Shown piece after piece: positions 20,663-29,339 of a stretch of 64,000 nt of DNA. The DNA is from Nitrosopumilus sp. (GTDB lineage: Archaea; Thermoproteota; Nitrososphaeria; Nitrososphaerales; Nitrosopumilaceae). A model generated the notes under the pieces. It was not told where the DNA came from. It saw only the letters and a program-made list of their open reading frames with translations, and did not search any database. The stretch covers positions 1,344,001-1,408,000 of the forward strand of contig OZ244732.1 of assembly GCA_965219345.1 (NCBI GenBank), in the 5' to 3' direction. Made by a program: the position numbers and the translations under genes. How positions within the stretch are numbered: the first letter of the stretch is position 1; every line of letters begins with the position of its first letter.

Positions 20663-21127
20663 TCAAGAATTGTTAGATGGAGGAGACAATCCATACTGAT
20701 TTGAGGGTTTTATTTCCATTTGATTTGATGTTTCAATATTATACACAGGATCTCCGTTTACATCATGTAATCTGCTTCTGTCAATACTAGTAACATTAGT
20801 GTAAATCTTAATCTTTGTACCGTCATCTAAAACATATTCATTAAACTCTTGTGATATTGTATCATATCTGATATCGCGTTTTTCTATTGTTCTCATTATC
20901 TCTTCTTGCGAATGTTGTTTATTGTTAGGAGATCATCTCAATGCTGGATCAGTATTGACGACAATTAATGGATGAGCACCTATTCTGAAACTAGGAACAT
21001 TTTCAGTCATTTTTCGTTCTACTTTTATTAAGATTGTACGTATTTTCAGAATAGAATTATCTGAGATTTGATACTTAATCCAAGGCTCTTTTATAACTTC
21101 AAATTCAATAGATCGAATATCAGACAT
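20663..21127 (-). pseudogene. Two-repeat hypothetical protein interrupted by one in-frame TGA
   Basis: ORFs 20933-21127 and 20663-20896 share a frame and join as DPALR*SPNNKQHSQEEIMRT; halves resemble each other (EPWIKYQISDNSILKI / QEFNEYVLDDGTKIKI). Confidence 0.7.
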
Positions 21128-21431
21128 CTACACTTTTCTCAAGCGAAATATTCTTCAAGTTTTCTGTTTGATTATTCATTCTACCCACTCCTAATTCTTT
21201 TGAGCTTTCTTCAAGATATTTGAAACAATTTTCTTTAAGATCTTTAACTTTTAGAATTCGGGCAATAGATCCTCTTCACTTAGCAATGATAATCACCATT
21301 TCTCTTTACAACTAACTCAAAAGGGAATAGACATATTATTTTTGATAAAATCTTGATATTTTTTGGGTGATTTTGTGACATTTAGGAAATTTTTAGAAGA
21401 GACGTTAAAATTAGATAATATCATAGAACCT

Positions 21432-21563
21432 ATGAAGGCCAGATTTAACGGAAAATGTGTAGAATGTGGTGAGGCAATCAAAGTAGGCAAAGAAATTCTG
21501 AAAAACTCTAATGAAAGATGGATTCACAAGGCATGTTGTGATTTAGAAGAGGAATCACCATAA
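21432..21563 (+). CDS. Small zinc-binding protein (CxxC...HxxC)
   Basis: MKARFNGKCVECGEAIKVGKEI...WIHKACC; paralog at 48301-48432. Confidence 0.7.
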   Translation: MKARFNGKCVECGEAIKVGKEILKNSNERWIHKACCDLEEESP

Positions 21564-21623
21564 TTACAAAGTTGGAACAAATTAGTAACAAATTTTTAAA
21601 GGACTTGGAAAAAAGAGGAAGAG

Positions 21624-22022
21624 ATGAATATAAAATCAAGTTTAGTTTTGATGGCATCAATTATGACAGTATTTGGCATAATGATGATCCCAGCAGATAT
21701 TTCTGCAGAATCTAATCAAAACAGCATTACTGTAACTCCAATTAATGAGGAGATAAGTTTGCAAGAGACGGTCACTGCAATGAGCATTCCTGAAGACAAC
21801 AAACTTCCTTGGGGAGCAGTAGTTGGTGCGGCATCAGATTATGTTGAAAGATATCCGGTAATTATCCAAATGTACAAGGGTGAAGATCCAGTTCACGTTT
21901 CACAAGTTGATGTAAAAGGAGATGGCTCCTATGAATACAAATTCAGAGTACGAAGTCTTGATTCAAACACTGGAGAATTTGTAAATGTCTTTGAAGGGGA
22001 TTATACTAGACTTTATGCGTAA
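21624..22022 (+). pseudogene. Secreted protein truncated by an IS remnant
   Basis: Signal peptide; composition changes at about 22007, so the last residues after FEGDYT come from the IS end. Confidence 0.7.
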
Positions 22023-22493
22023 TCGCCACTTGCAAATTTTTCGAAACATTTAGATCCGCCTTGATCGCCGCCACATGCAATAGTCCCCCGAACAGATCAT
22101 ACAAAGGCTGCAAAGGGAGCTCAAAGAGAAGAACAGAACGATCAGACAGAAGGACAGGGAAGTCAGCAAGCACATCAAGGCAGTCAGCTCTCTCCGCGAG
22201 CGGCTGGAACTTGAGGATGGTCTGTGGCAACGGGTGCAGACAGGCTTGGCATGGACGCCTCGCTGCTTCACATGAGGGAGGTCATATGCGACATACTGCA
22301 AGACGGGGGCAAGATTTCTGCCATGACCGGGCTTGACGCCGGCCAGTTCGACCATATCCACGGGAAGTTTGTAAAAGAGTCAAGGAAGCACGGCAACGCG
22401 CCGCTCTTCTCCGAAGACTGCACACCGGATCCCGGAAACCGGTGCCTGCTTGACCGCAGGTCCGTCCTGCTGCTTGCGCTCTTCCGCAAGAGG
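22007..22493 (+). mobile_element. 5' remnant of an IS5/ISL2-like element (transposase N-terminus only)
   Basis: GC-rich; encodes MTGLDAGQFDHI...PGNRCLLDRRSVLLLALFRKR (HTH_Tnp_4-like); no DDE domain follows. Confidence 0.65.
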
Positions 22494-22650
22494 TCAAAGG
22501 AGAACCGTTCTTTAGGTGTCCTCCGCGATAGTCAAGCCATATATCACATATCTGACATCGTGCCTGTCCTGCTTCGTACCGGCCACCGACTACGGGCTTG
22601 GTTACTCTGAACTTTTTGCATATTTCCTTGCAGGTGCTCTTTAGTTTCAC
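22494..22650 (-). pseudogene. Cys-rich zinc-ribbon protein, 3'-truncated
   Basis: MKLKSTCKEICKKF...GGRYEAGQARCQICDIWL...NGSPLT, then runs into the IS remnant. Confidence 0.6.
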
Positions 22651-23072
22651 AACCTTGATAATCCTTCTGCCTATATGAAAATTATTTGCGCCTTACAAAT
22701 ACAGGAGTTTGAATACTTCGTCTATATCAGAAGTTGTAAATGTGCTTTGCCACATCGTTGAGCTTTACGCATCATTGGTAAAAATGCTGATTTTTGTGCA
22801 GGAAACTGAAAACAACCACGCATGTGGATCATGCGTCTACAGAGCACATTTTCAACTTTTGATATGACAATAGTTAGCTGTTCTGCCATGATCTGTCTAG
22901 TGCATTATTGCGCATGTGCCTGAAATTCTAGTCTGTTGCACAACTACGCCTAAAACCTGACTGATACCAACAATTTTTACCATTGGACAAACATTGGTGC
23001 GCCAAAAGACATTTGGATCAGGTAACCTGCTAACCATACACAGTGGCATCCACAGACAACGCACCCCAGGAC

Positions 23073-23119
23073 AAACAGTTATTGACGAACAAACGGGAGA
23101 GGAATACGATGTCAGATAG
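23073..23119 (+). pseudogene. Displaced C-terminus of the IS481 transposase
   Basis: Joining 17811 to 23073 restores in-frame KMPSPGQTVIDEQTGEEYDVR*, ending at the right terminal repeat. Confidence 0.85.
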
Positions 23120-23171
23120 GGGGTATACTACTTTCAGGATCCCACATAAAACTTGGTGACAAAAGAAATTG

Positions 23172-24308
23172 TTAATCTGGATCTTCATAATTTTCTTTCT
23201 TTTCACCTTTGGCAGAATATCCTTCCATTGGTTTCATCTTACTCTCAAGAATACCCATTCTTGCTTTGTATCCTTCAGCATATTCTAGTTCTGATGGAAC
23301 AAGAGTCGCTGGATGAATGAATCCTTGACTTCTCATTGCCATTGCCTTTTTTGTTGCAATTTCTCTGATATAGTCCCAATCAGGAGTTGAGAATCCATCA
23401 AATGGACCTGTAAACTTTCCATTATGCATACTGAATACCAGGGCCTCCACAATTGGAATACAGAAATTGATAGTTGCTGCAGAATTTAATTTCACAGGCA
23501 TTAGTGGCATGTTGTGACTACCTCTTGTATTTCCTGCAACATAATGTGGGTTGTTAAATACACTTCCAACTTCTTCTGTAGCTGGGAAATTCTTTTGTGT
23601 TCTAATCAGACAAATTGGATCATCTTTTCCAACATATGTTCCTGCAATGTTGTGTAGTCTATCTGTTGATGCGGCAAGAATTGGCTCTCCCTCTTTAGTA
23701 TTAACTGAATCAACAACGTATCTACTTGGATACATCAATGCAGCTTCAATTGTTGGTTTGTCTTGCCACAATTCAAGTTCAGCAATTTTTCCTTCTTCTA
23801 CATCCATTATGTTTATCTTAACGCCACTGGCAAGTGACTTGTTCACAATCAAACCTGTATTACTTAATGCATCTACGAACATTCTATAAATTGGATAATT
23901 GAACGCTCCAGGCTCTGTTTTATCTGCTGCAAACACTGTAAATGCCTCATTAGGTCTTTCTTCAAATTCCAATTCTGCAACACCTGGACCCATGCCTTTC
24001 ACATTTCCTGAAAAAGAGTCTTTTAGCAAGTCTTGTCCAGCACCATACAAACCCTCTTCTTTGGCAACCTTTGTTCCTGCCATGAATGAATCCCACGCGA
24101 GTTTGTGAATTTGCTGATTATCTACTCCATGTTTGTGAGACATTACAATGTGGACGTCATCACCACAGTATCCAATGTAATAATCAATTAACAGATCTGC
24201 TGAATTTTTGATGGTATTTCTTACTGCCTCAATTAATCCATCACTTGGTTTTGTATGACCGCCAACCCCGCCAACGTCAGCTTTGATAACTGATACTGTA
24301 ATCTTCAT
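23172..24308 (-). CDS. fbp: Fructose-1,6-bisphosphate aldolase/phosphatase (FBPase class V)
   Basis: SVIKADVGG..GH, LYGAGQDLLKDSFSGNVKGMGPG and YVGKDDP motifs. Confidence 0.96.
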   Translation of the reverse strand: MKITVSVIKADVGGVGGHTKPSDGLIEAVRNTIKNSADLLIDYYIGYCGDDVHIVMSHKHGVDNQQIHKLAWDSFMAGTKVAKEEGLYGAGQDLLKDSFSGNVKGMGPGVAELEFEERPNEAFTVFAADKTEPGAFNYPIYRMFVDALSNTGLIVNKSLASGVKINIMDVEEGKIAELELWQDKPTIEAALMYPSRYVVDSVNTKEGEPILAASTDRLHNIAGTYVGKDDPICLIRTQKNFPATEEVGSVFNNPHYVAGNTRGSHNMPLMPVKLNSAATINFCIPIVEALVFSMHNGKFTGPFDGFSTPDWDYIREIATKKAMAMRSQGFIHPATLVPSELEYAEGYKARMGILESKMKPMEGYSAKGEKKENYEDPD

Positions 24309-24438
24309 AATTCCTCTTTCTACCTCTTTGATTTATGTACTTTTGGCAAAACTTTCTGATCTAAAATTAATTGAAAAAAGATGGAGTTTTTTTCAAAAAT
24401 TCATAACGCTAATAAATGCCCTCAGAGAGGCAGTCCAT

Positions 24439-25737
24439 ATGGCAAACAAACCACACTTGAACATGATCATAACAGGTCACATTGATAATGGTAAATCAAC
24501 AACCATGGGCCATTTCTTGATGGATCTAGGCGTTGTAGATGAAAGAACAATCGCAGCACATGCAGTAGAATCTGAAAAGACCGGAAAAGGTGATACTTTC
24601 AAGTATGCATGGGTTATGGATAATATTAAAGATGAAAGAGAAAGGGGAATTACCATTGATCTTGCTTTCCAAAAGTTTGAATCTGCAAAATACTTCTTTA
24701 CATTAATTGATGCTCCTGGTCACAGGGACTTTATTAAAAATATGATTACTGGTGCTTCTGAAGCAGATGCTGCTATCTTAGTTCTTTCAGCCAAAGAAGG
24801 TGAAACTGATACTGCAATCGCAGCAGGTGGACAAGCAAGAGAACACGCATTCTTACTAAAAACACTCGGTGTAAGCCAACTAATCGTTGCAATCAATAAA
24901 ATGGATGCTGTCGATTACACTGAAGCAGCATTTAACGCAGCCAAAGAAAAAGGTGAAAAATTAGTAAAATCTGTTGGTTACAAAATAGAAAACGTACCAT
25001 TCATTCCTGTTTCTGGATGGAAAGGCGATAATTTAGTAAAAAAATCTGAGAACATGTCATGGTACACTGGAAAGACACTCCTTGAAACATTTGATGACTT
25101 TACAGTACCTGAAAAACCAACTGGTAAACCATTACGTGTTCCAATTCAAGATGTTTACACCATTACTGGAGTAGGTACGGTACCTGTAGGTAGAGTTGAA
25201 ACCGGAACTATGAAGGCTGGCGATAAAATTGTTGTAATGCCTTCTGGCGCCCCAGGTGAAATCAAATCAATTGAAACTCACCACACAGAAATGCCATCTG
25301 CAGAAGCAGGTGATAACATTGGTTTCAACCTTAGAGGTGTTGAGAAGAAAGACATCAAGAGAGGCGATGTACTTGGAACACCTGATGCACCACCAAATGT
25401 TGCAAAAGAATTCAAAGCACAAATTATAGTTATTCACCATCCAACAGCAATTGCTCCTGGGTATACTCCAGTTATGCATGCACATACTACACAAGTTGCA
25501 GCAACTGTTACAGAGTTTCTACAAAAGATCAATCCAGCAACTGGTGCCATTGAGGAAGAAAATCCAAAGTTCCTTAAAGTTGGTGATTCAGCAATTGTTA
25601 AAATCAGACCAGTAAGACCAACTTGTATTGAAACTTTCCAAGATTTCCCAGAAATGGGTAGATTTGCCCTTAGAGACATGGGTGCAACTATTGCAGCAGG
25701 TATAGTTAAAGAAATTACTGAAGAGTACAAACCATAG
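24439..25737 (+). CDS. tuf: Translation elongation factor EF-1alpha
   Basis: Start MANKPHLN (24439); GHIDNGKST, RGITID, DAPGH and NKMD motifs. Confidence 0.98.
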   Translation: MANKPHLNMIITGHIDNGKSTTMGHFLMDLGVVDERTIAAHAVESEKTGKGDTFKYAWVMDNIKDERERGITIDLAFQKFESAKYFFTLIDAPGHRDFIKNMITGASEADAAILVLSAKEGETDTAIAAGGQAREHAFLLKTLGVSQLIVAINKMDAVDYTEAAFNAAKEKGEKLVKSVGYKIENVPFIPVSGWKGDNLVKKSENMSWYTGKTLLETFDDFTVPEKPTGKPLRVPIQDVYTITGVGTVPVGRVETGTMKAGDKIVVMPSGAPGEIKSIETHHTEMPSAEAGDNIGFNLRGVEKKDIKRGDVLGTPDAPPNVAKEFKAQIIVIHHPTAIAPGYTPVMHAHTTQVAATVTEFLQKINPATGAIEEENPKFLKVGDSAIVKIRPVRPTCIETFQDFPEMGRFALRDMGATIAAGIVKEITEEYKP

Positions 25738-25747
25738 GCAGATTTTC

Positions 25748-26056
25748 ATGACACAAACTGCCCGTGTTAAATTAACATCTACCAGTTTACACAAGTTAGA
25801 TGGTGTTTGTGGCGAAATCATGGGAATTGGTAAAAAAACTGGCATCAAAATAAAAGGTCCTACTCCACTTCCTGTTAAAAGACTACATGTTGCTACCAGA
25901 AAATCTCCATGTGGCAGTGGTACTGAAACATATGAGAAATGGGAAATGAAAATGCATAGGAGAATTATCAATATCAACGCTGATGACAAAGCAATTAGAC
26001 AACTAATGAGGCTTAAAATTCCTGATGATGTCTATATTGAGTTGTCTCTGACATAA
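25748..26056 (+). CDS. rpsJ: 30S ribosomal protein S10 (uS10)
   Basis: KGPTPLP, RKSPCGSG and WEMKMHRR motifs; directly after EF-1alpha. Confidence 0.97.
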   Translation: MTQTARVKLTSTSLHKLDGVCGEIMGIGKKTGIKIKGPTPLPVKRLHVATRKSPCGSGTETYEKWEMKMHRRIININADDKAIRQLMRLKIPDDVYIELSLT

Positions 26057-26085
26057 TTTGGTATCCTTAAATTATCGAAATTTTA

Positions 26086-26289
26086 ATGATAAATATGGCT
26101 GAAGAAAACTCTGATTCTGTTGAAGAAGCTCCTGTTGAGACATTTGATGTAAACTATGCTTGTCTTAGATGTGCAACTGTTGTATCTAATACTGAATTGT
26201 CTCGCTTACCTGAAATCAAATGCATCTGTGGGTTCAGAGTATTTACTAAAGTAAGACCACCTGTAGTAAAAACAATAAAAGCAATTTAA
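26086..26289 (+). CDS. rpo12: RNA polymerase subunit P (Rpo12)
   Basis: YACLRC...IKCICGFRVFTKVRP zinc ribbon. Confidence 0.85.
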   Translation: MINMAEENSDSVEEAPVETFDVNYACLRCATVVSNTELSRLPEIKCICGFRVFTKVRPPVVKTIKAI

Positions 26290-26487
26290 CTATCTATCTT
26301 TTTTGTAACTATGCTCTCTTTGTAAATGTGTTCTCATATCTTCCATGTTTGAAAAATACTTGTTGCATTCTTTACAATCATATTGTAAATCTTTACCATG
26401 AATAATTTGTTTGTGATTCATCATCTCTTCTTCTTTTGAAAATTTTTTGTCACAAGTATCACAACTAATTTTTTTAAAAAAACGCAC
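26290..26487 (-). CDS. Double C2H2 zinc-finger protein
   Basis: CDTC...HKQIIH and CKEC...HLQREH. Confidence 0.85.
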   Translation of the reverse strand: MRFFKKISCDTCDKKFSKEEEMMNHKQIIHGKDLQYDCKECNKYFSNMEDMRTHLQREHSYKKDR

Positions 26488-26489
26488 TT

Positions 26490-26900
26490 TTATCCAAACT
26501 CTGCTTTCTTTTTATCCCAACAAATCCTGCAAAGCTGACCTTCAATCTTCCAATTTCCTTTTGCATTATATCTAATCAATCCCATTTTTCCTCCACATAA
26601 TGCACAAAAATTTTTCTTTTTAGCATGCTCTTCTTCTTTTTTGTCAAAACATTCTTTGCATAGCAATCCTTCCATATCCCATTGCCATCGAGGTTCCCAC
26701 AAATTTGTGATCTTTTTAGTTACTCCACACTCAACACATGGCTGTACAATTTTTCCTTCAAAATACTCCTTTGATTTCTCAAAATGACAATCGCCACAAA
26801 GCAGACCTTTCATGCCCCACTCTCTCTTTGGTTTGTGTTTGTGAGTTAGTTGTTTGTTACAAACAGCACAATATGCTGGCTTTCTACCAAATAGTCCCAT
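26490..26900 (-). CDS. Protein with three CxxC...CxxC zinc-finger repeats
   Basis: Three repeats ending W.M.GLLC..C. Confidence 0.8.
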   Translation of the reverse strand: MGLFGRKPAYCAVCNKQLTHKHKPKREWGMKGLLCGDCHFEKSKEYFEGKIVQPCVECGVTKKITNLWEPRWQWDMEGLLCKECFDKKEEEHAKKKNFCALCGGKMGLIRYNAKGNWKIEGQLCRICWDKKKAEFG

Positions 26901-27051
26901 TATCTCTATAATATTTCGAATAATTTGATCTATTAAATGTAATAAAAAAGAAATGCATTAGATGGAAGAACAATCCTCCTGATTATTATAAAATTTCATG
27001 ACTGAAGCACAACTAACATTATTCAATAAAGATAAAAACAACAAAAATTTC

Positions 27052-27174
27052 TTATTGTTTTAAGATTTTTTCAAGGGCTTGACTTGCATTGAGTAAACCA
27101 TTTTTCTTGGCAAACTCTTCGATCATTTTGTATTGTTTTTCAGTAAAACATACTGGAATTGAACGTCTTTCCAT
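27052..27174 (-). CDS. 40-aa ribbon-helix-helix-like protein
   Basis: Hand translation MERRSIPVCFTEKQYKMIEEFAKKNGLLNASQALEKILKQ*. Confidence 0.55.
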   Translation of the reverse strand: MERRSIPVCFTEKQYKMIEEFAKKNGLLNASQALEKILKQ

Positions 27175-27260
27175 ACATTTAGTTTGTATTTTTAACTAAT
27201 ATCCTTTTTGTTTACTCGAAATCAAATTGAGCATCACTTACTCATGAATTTTTGGAATTC

Positions 27261-27962
27261 TCAAATTAAATTATAATATTTCATAATAAAAAAAATCATG
27301 GTTCCTGCAATAACTCCAATTGTTATCAATTTCAAAATACGTTCTTTCTTTTTGATGACGTATGGATCTCCATCATCTCTCTTGAGTAGTTTGTATCGTC
27401 TAGATGTAGTAATCAAGGCATAGGTGACTAATCCAGTAATTGTAGCAATAGCTATGGTTTCAATAGCTATGGAGTTTGTTTGTATAACAGAACCTGCAAA
27501 AACGGGTAGAATTCCCCACGAAAATATTGTTGATAAATTATTGTGAAATTTACCTCCAAACAATTCTAGACTATATGCAAATAGAAAAAAGCCTTCAATA
27601 GTCCCTATTAGAAAAAGCCAAGGAGAATCCAAAAATGCAAAATAAATGCCTACAGAAAATGCAATACCTACTGCAAACAACGCCATAACCCAAATCTTTC
27701 TTTTTGGTAAATTTCCCCAAGGTTTTGTTTTACCTCCCACTGCATCAAGTAGGTGTGCACCAACACCCAGCGCCAAGATGTAAATCACACAAATTGCTGC
27801 CACTCTCTCCAATTGTAGTGGACCTGAAATTGCTCCTAATGCAGCAAAGCAAGTAACAATACTTGTGTATGGTAAAAACAAAATTCCTATACTAATTCGA
27901 AATTTCTTAGAGCCAAATTTTGGAACAAACCATTCTGAGGTTCTATCTACTTGCAATAACAT
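27261..27962 (-). CDS. Multi-pass membrane protein (UbiA-like fold possible)
   Basis: About 7 TM segments, GAHLLD motif; start likely near MLLQVDRTSEW (ORF is open to 28049). Confidence 0.7.
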   Translation of the reverse strand: MLLQVDRTSEWFVPKFGSKKFRISIGILFLPYTSIVTCFAALGAISGPLQLERVAAICVIYILALGVGAHLLDAVGGKTKPWGNLPKRKIWVMALFAVGIAFSVGIYFAFLDSPWLFLIGTIEGFFLFAYSLELFGGKFHNNLSTIFSWGILPVFAGSVIQTNSIAIETIAIATITGLVTYALITTSRRYKLLKRDDGDPYVIKKKERILKLITIGVIAGTMIFFIMKYYNLI

Positions 27963-28034
27963 TATTTGGACTTTGTTGCTTATATGATCACGGGATGGAC
28001 AACTGATATAATTGATAGAATGATTAGTTGATTC

Positions 28035-28439
28035 GTGAACAAATATCAAAAATATATCAAAAAAGGAGTCATCGAATCACTTGATAAGGTTCCATTTCAT
28101 AGCAATGCTCCCATCAAACGATTATCAATGTTGAGCAAATCTTTGATTCCTCAATCAGATACACATATCGCAGTTCACTTTGTTGATGCCTCCAAAGATC
28201 TTCCAAAATATAGTAAATTACACAAACACAATCATGACGAAATTAATCTGATACTATCTGAAGATTCTAGCTTGACATATGAGATTCAATTGGAAGATGA
28301 GTCCTATGAAGTAACATCGCCTTCAACAATATTCATTCCAAAGGGAATGAAACACAGCGCACAGGCGATTTCAGGTAAGGGAATTTTTGTATGTATGATT
28401 TTATCCAATAATAATGACTTTCCTTCAGAAAAAAATTGA
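28035..28439 (+). CDS. Cupin-domain protein
   Basis: HKHNHDE...FIPKGMKH. Confidence 0.85.
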   Translation: MNKYQKYIKKGVIESLDKVPFHSNAPIKRLSMLSKSLIPQSDTHIAVHFVDASKDLPKYSKLHKHNHDEINLILSEDSSLTYEIQLEDESYEVTSPSTIFIPKGMKHSAQAISGKGIFVCMILSNNNDFPSEKN

Positions 28440-28454
28440 AACCCTAAAAAGTAA

Positions 28455-28727
28455 ATGTCTAATAATTCTAATATGAAAATAACTGAAATAGAAATTGATG
28501 ACAGTCAAACAGGCTATTGCTGGATTCAAATACATGCTGGTAACAGAAAACAAGCAATTTCATTAAGACATCAAATCTTAGATGATCAGGCCATACGGGA
28601 AAGATTGGAAAATGAAATTACACAAAGCCAGAAAATAACAACAAGCTCGTTAACTCCGATGGAAATTACATTCCAAAGTTTCCTTACCAAAAAACTCCAA
28701 TTAATTCTTGAAGGAGAAAATAAATGA
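28455..28727 (+). CDS. Hypothetical protein
   Basis: 90-aa ORF overlapping the next start. Confidence 0.6.
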   Translation: MSNNSNMKITEIEIDDSQTGYCWIQIHAGNRKQAISLRHQILDDQAIRERLENEITQSQKITTSSLTPMEITFQSFLTKKLQLILEGENK

Positions 28728-29332
28728 CAAAGAAACGTCAGATCTTGGTTATTGGAAATAACACAAATGGATGTACACTAAAACATGAAAAAATTGCATA
28801 CGAAGTTGGGGTAGAAATTGCAAAATCTGACTCTGTTTTGATAACCGGTGGGTTAGGAGGAGTAATGTCTGCTGCATCACATGGAGCTCATGATACAAAT
28901 GGTTTGACTGTAGGAATAATTCCTCAGAATGACGCTACAATGGCCAATGAATTCTGTGACATTGTAATTCCAACCGGTATTGGACTTGCTCGTGATTTTC
29001 TAAATGCATTAACTGCTGACGGAGTAATTATTGTTGGTGGTGGCTCTGGTACTTTATCCGAAGTATGTGCTGCATACATGTACAAAAAACCCATGGTCGC
29101 AATCAGAAACATAAAAAGTTCTATTGAACCATACATTGATGGTTTTATTGATCATAGAAAAAATATCAAAATTGTTGGGGCTGATACTCCTCAAGATGCT
29201 GTAAAGAAAATTTTGGAATTAATCACTACATCATACAGTGATACCGAATCATCTGATGCTGAAATTCTTGACGCTTTTAATAAAATAAAGAGCGGTGAAG
29301 CTTCAAGAATGGGCCAAAAGAGTTCAGGTTAA
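28724..29332 (+). CDS. TIGR00725 / LOG (SLOG) family protein
   Basis: TGGLGGVM, VGIIP and GGGSGTLSE motifs. Confidence 0.88.
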   Translation: MTKKRQILVIGNNTNGCTLKHEKIAYEVGVEIAKSDSVLITGGLGGVMSAASHGAHDTNGLTVGIIPQNDATMANEFCDIVIPTGIGLARDFLNALTADGVIIVGGGSGTLSEVCAAYMYKKPMVAIRNIKSSIEPYIDGFIDHRKNIKIVGADTPQDAVKKILELITTSYSDTESSDAEILDAFNKIKSGEASRMGQKSSG

Positions 29333-29339
29333 CGTTAAA

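Larger units (their letters stand above)
16693..23146 (+). mobile_element. IS481-family element expanded by a nested 5.25-kb insertion
   Basis: 28-bp terminal inverted repeats starting TGT (16693-16720; 23119-23146; 23/28 identical); flanked by a 15-bp direct repeat TAAAACTTGATGACA (16678-16692) / TAAAACTTGGTGACA (23147-23161). Confidence 0.9.

Noticed and set aside
20933-20935. Selenocysteine readthrough at the in-frame TGA
   Set aside because: Not a Cys-like position, no SECIS-like hairpin recognised, and this lineage is not known to use Sec; a GGA to TGA nonsense change is simpler.
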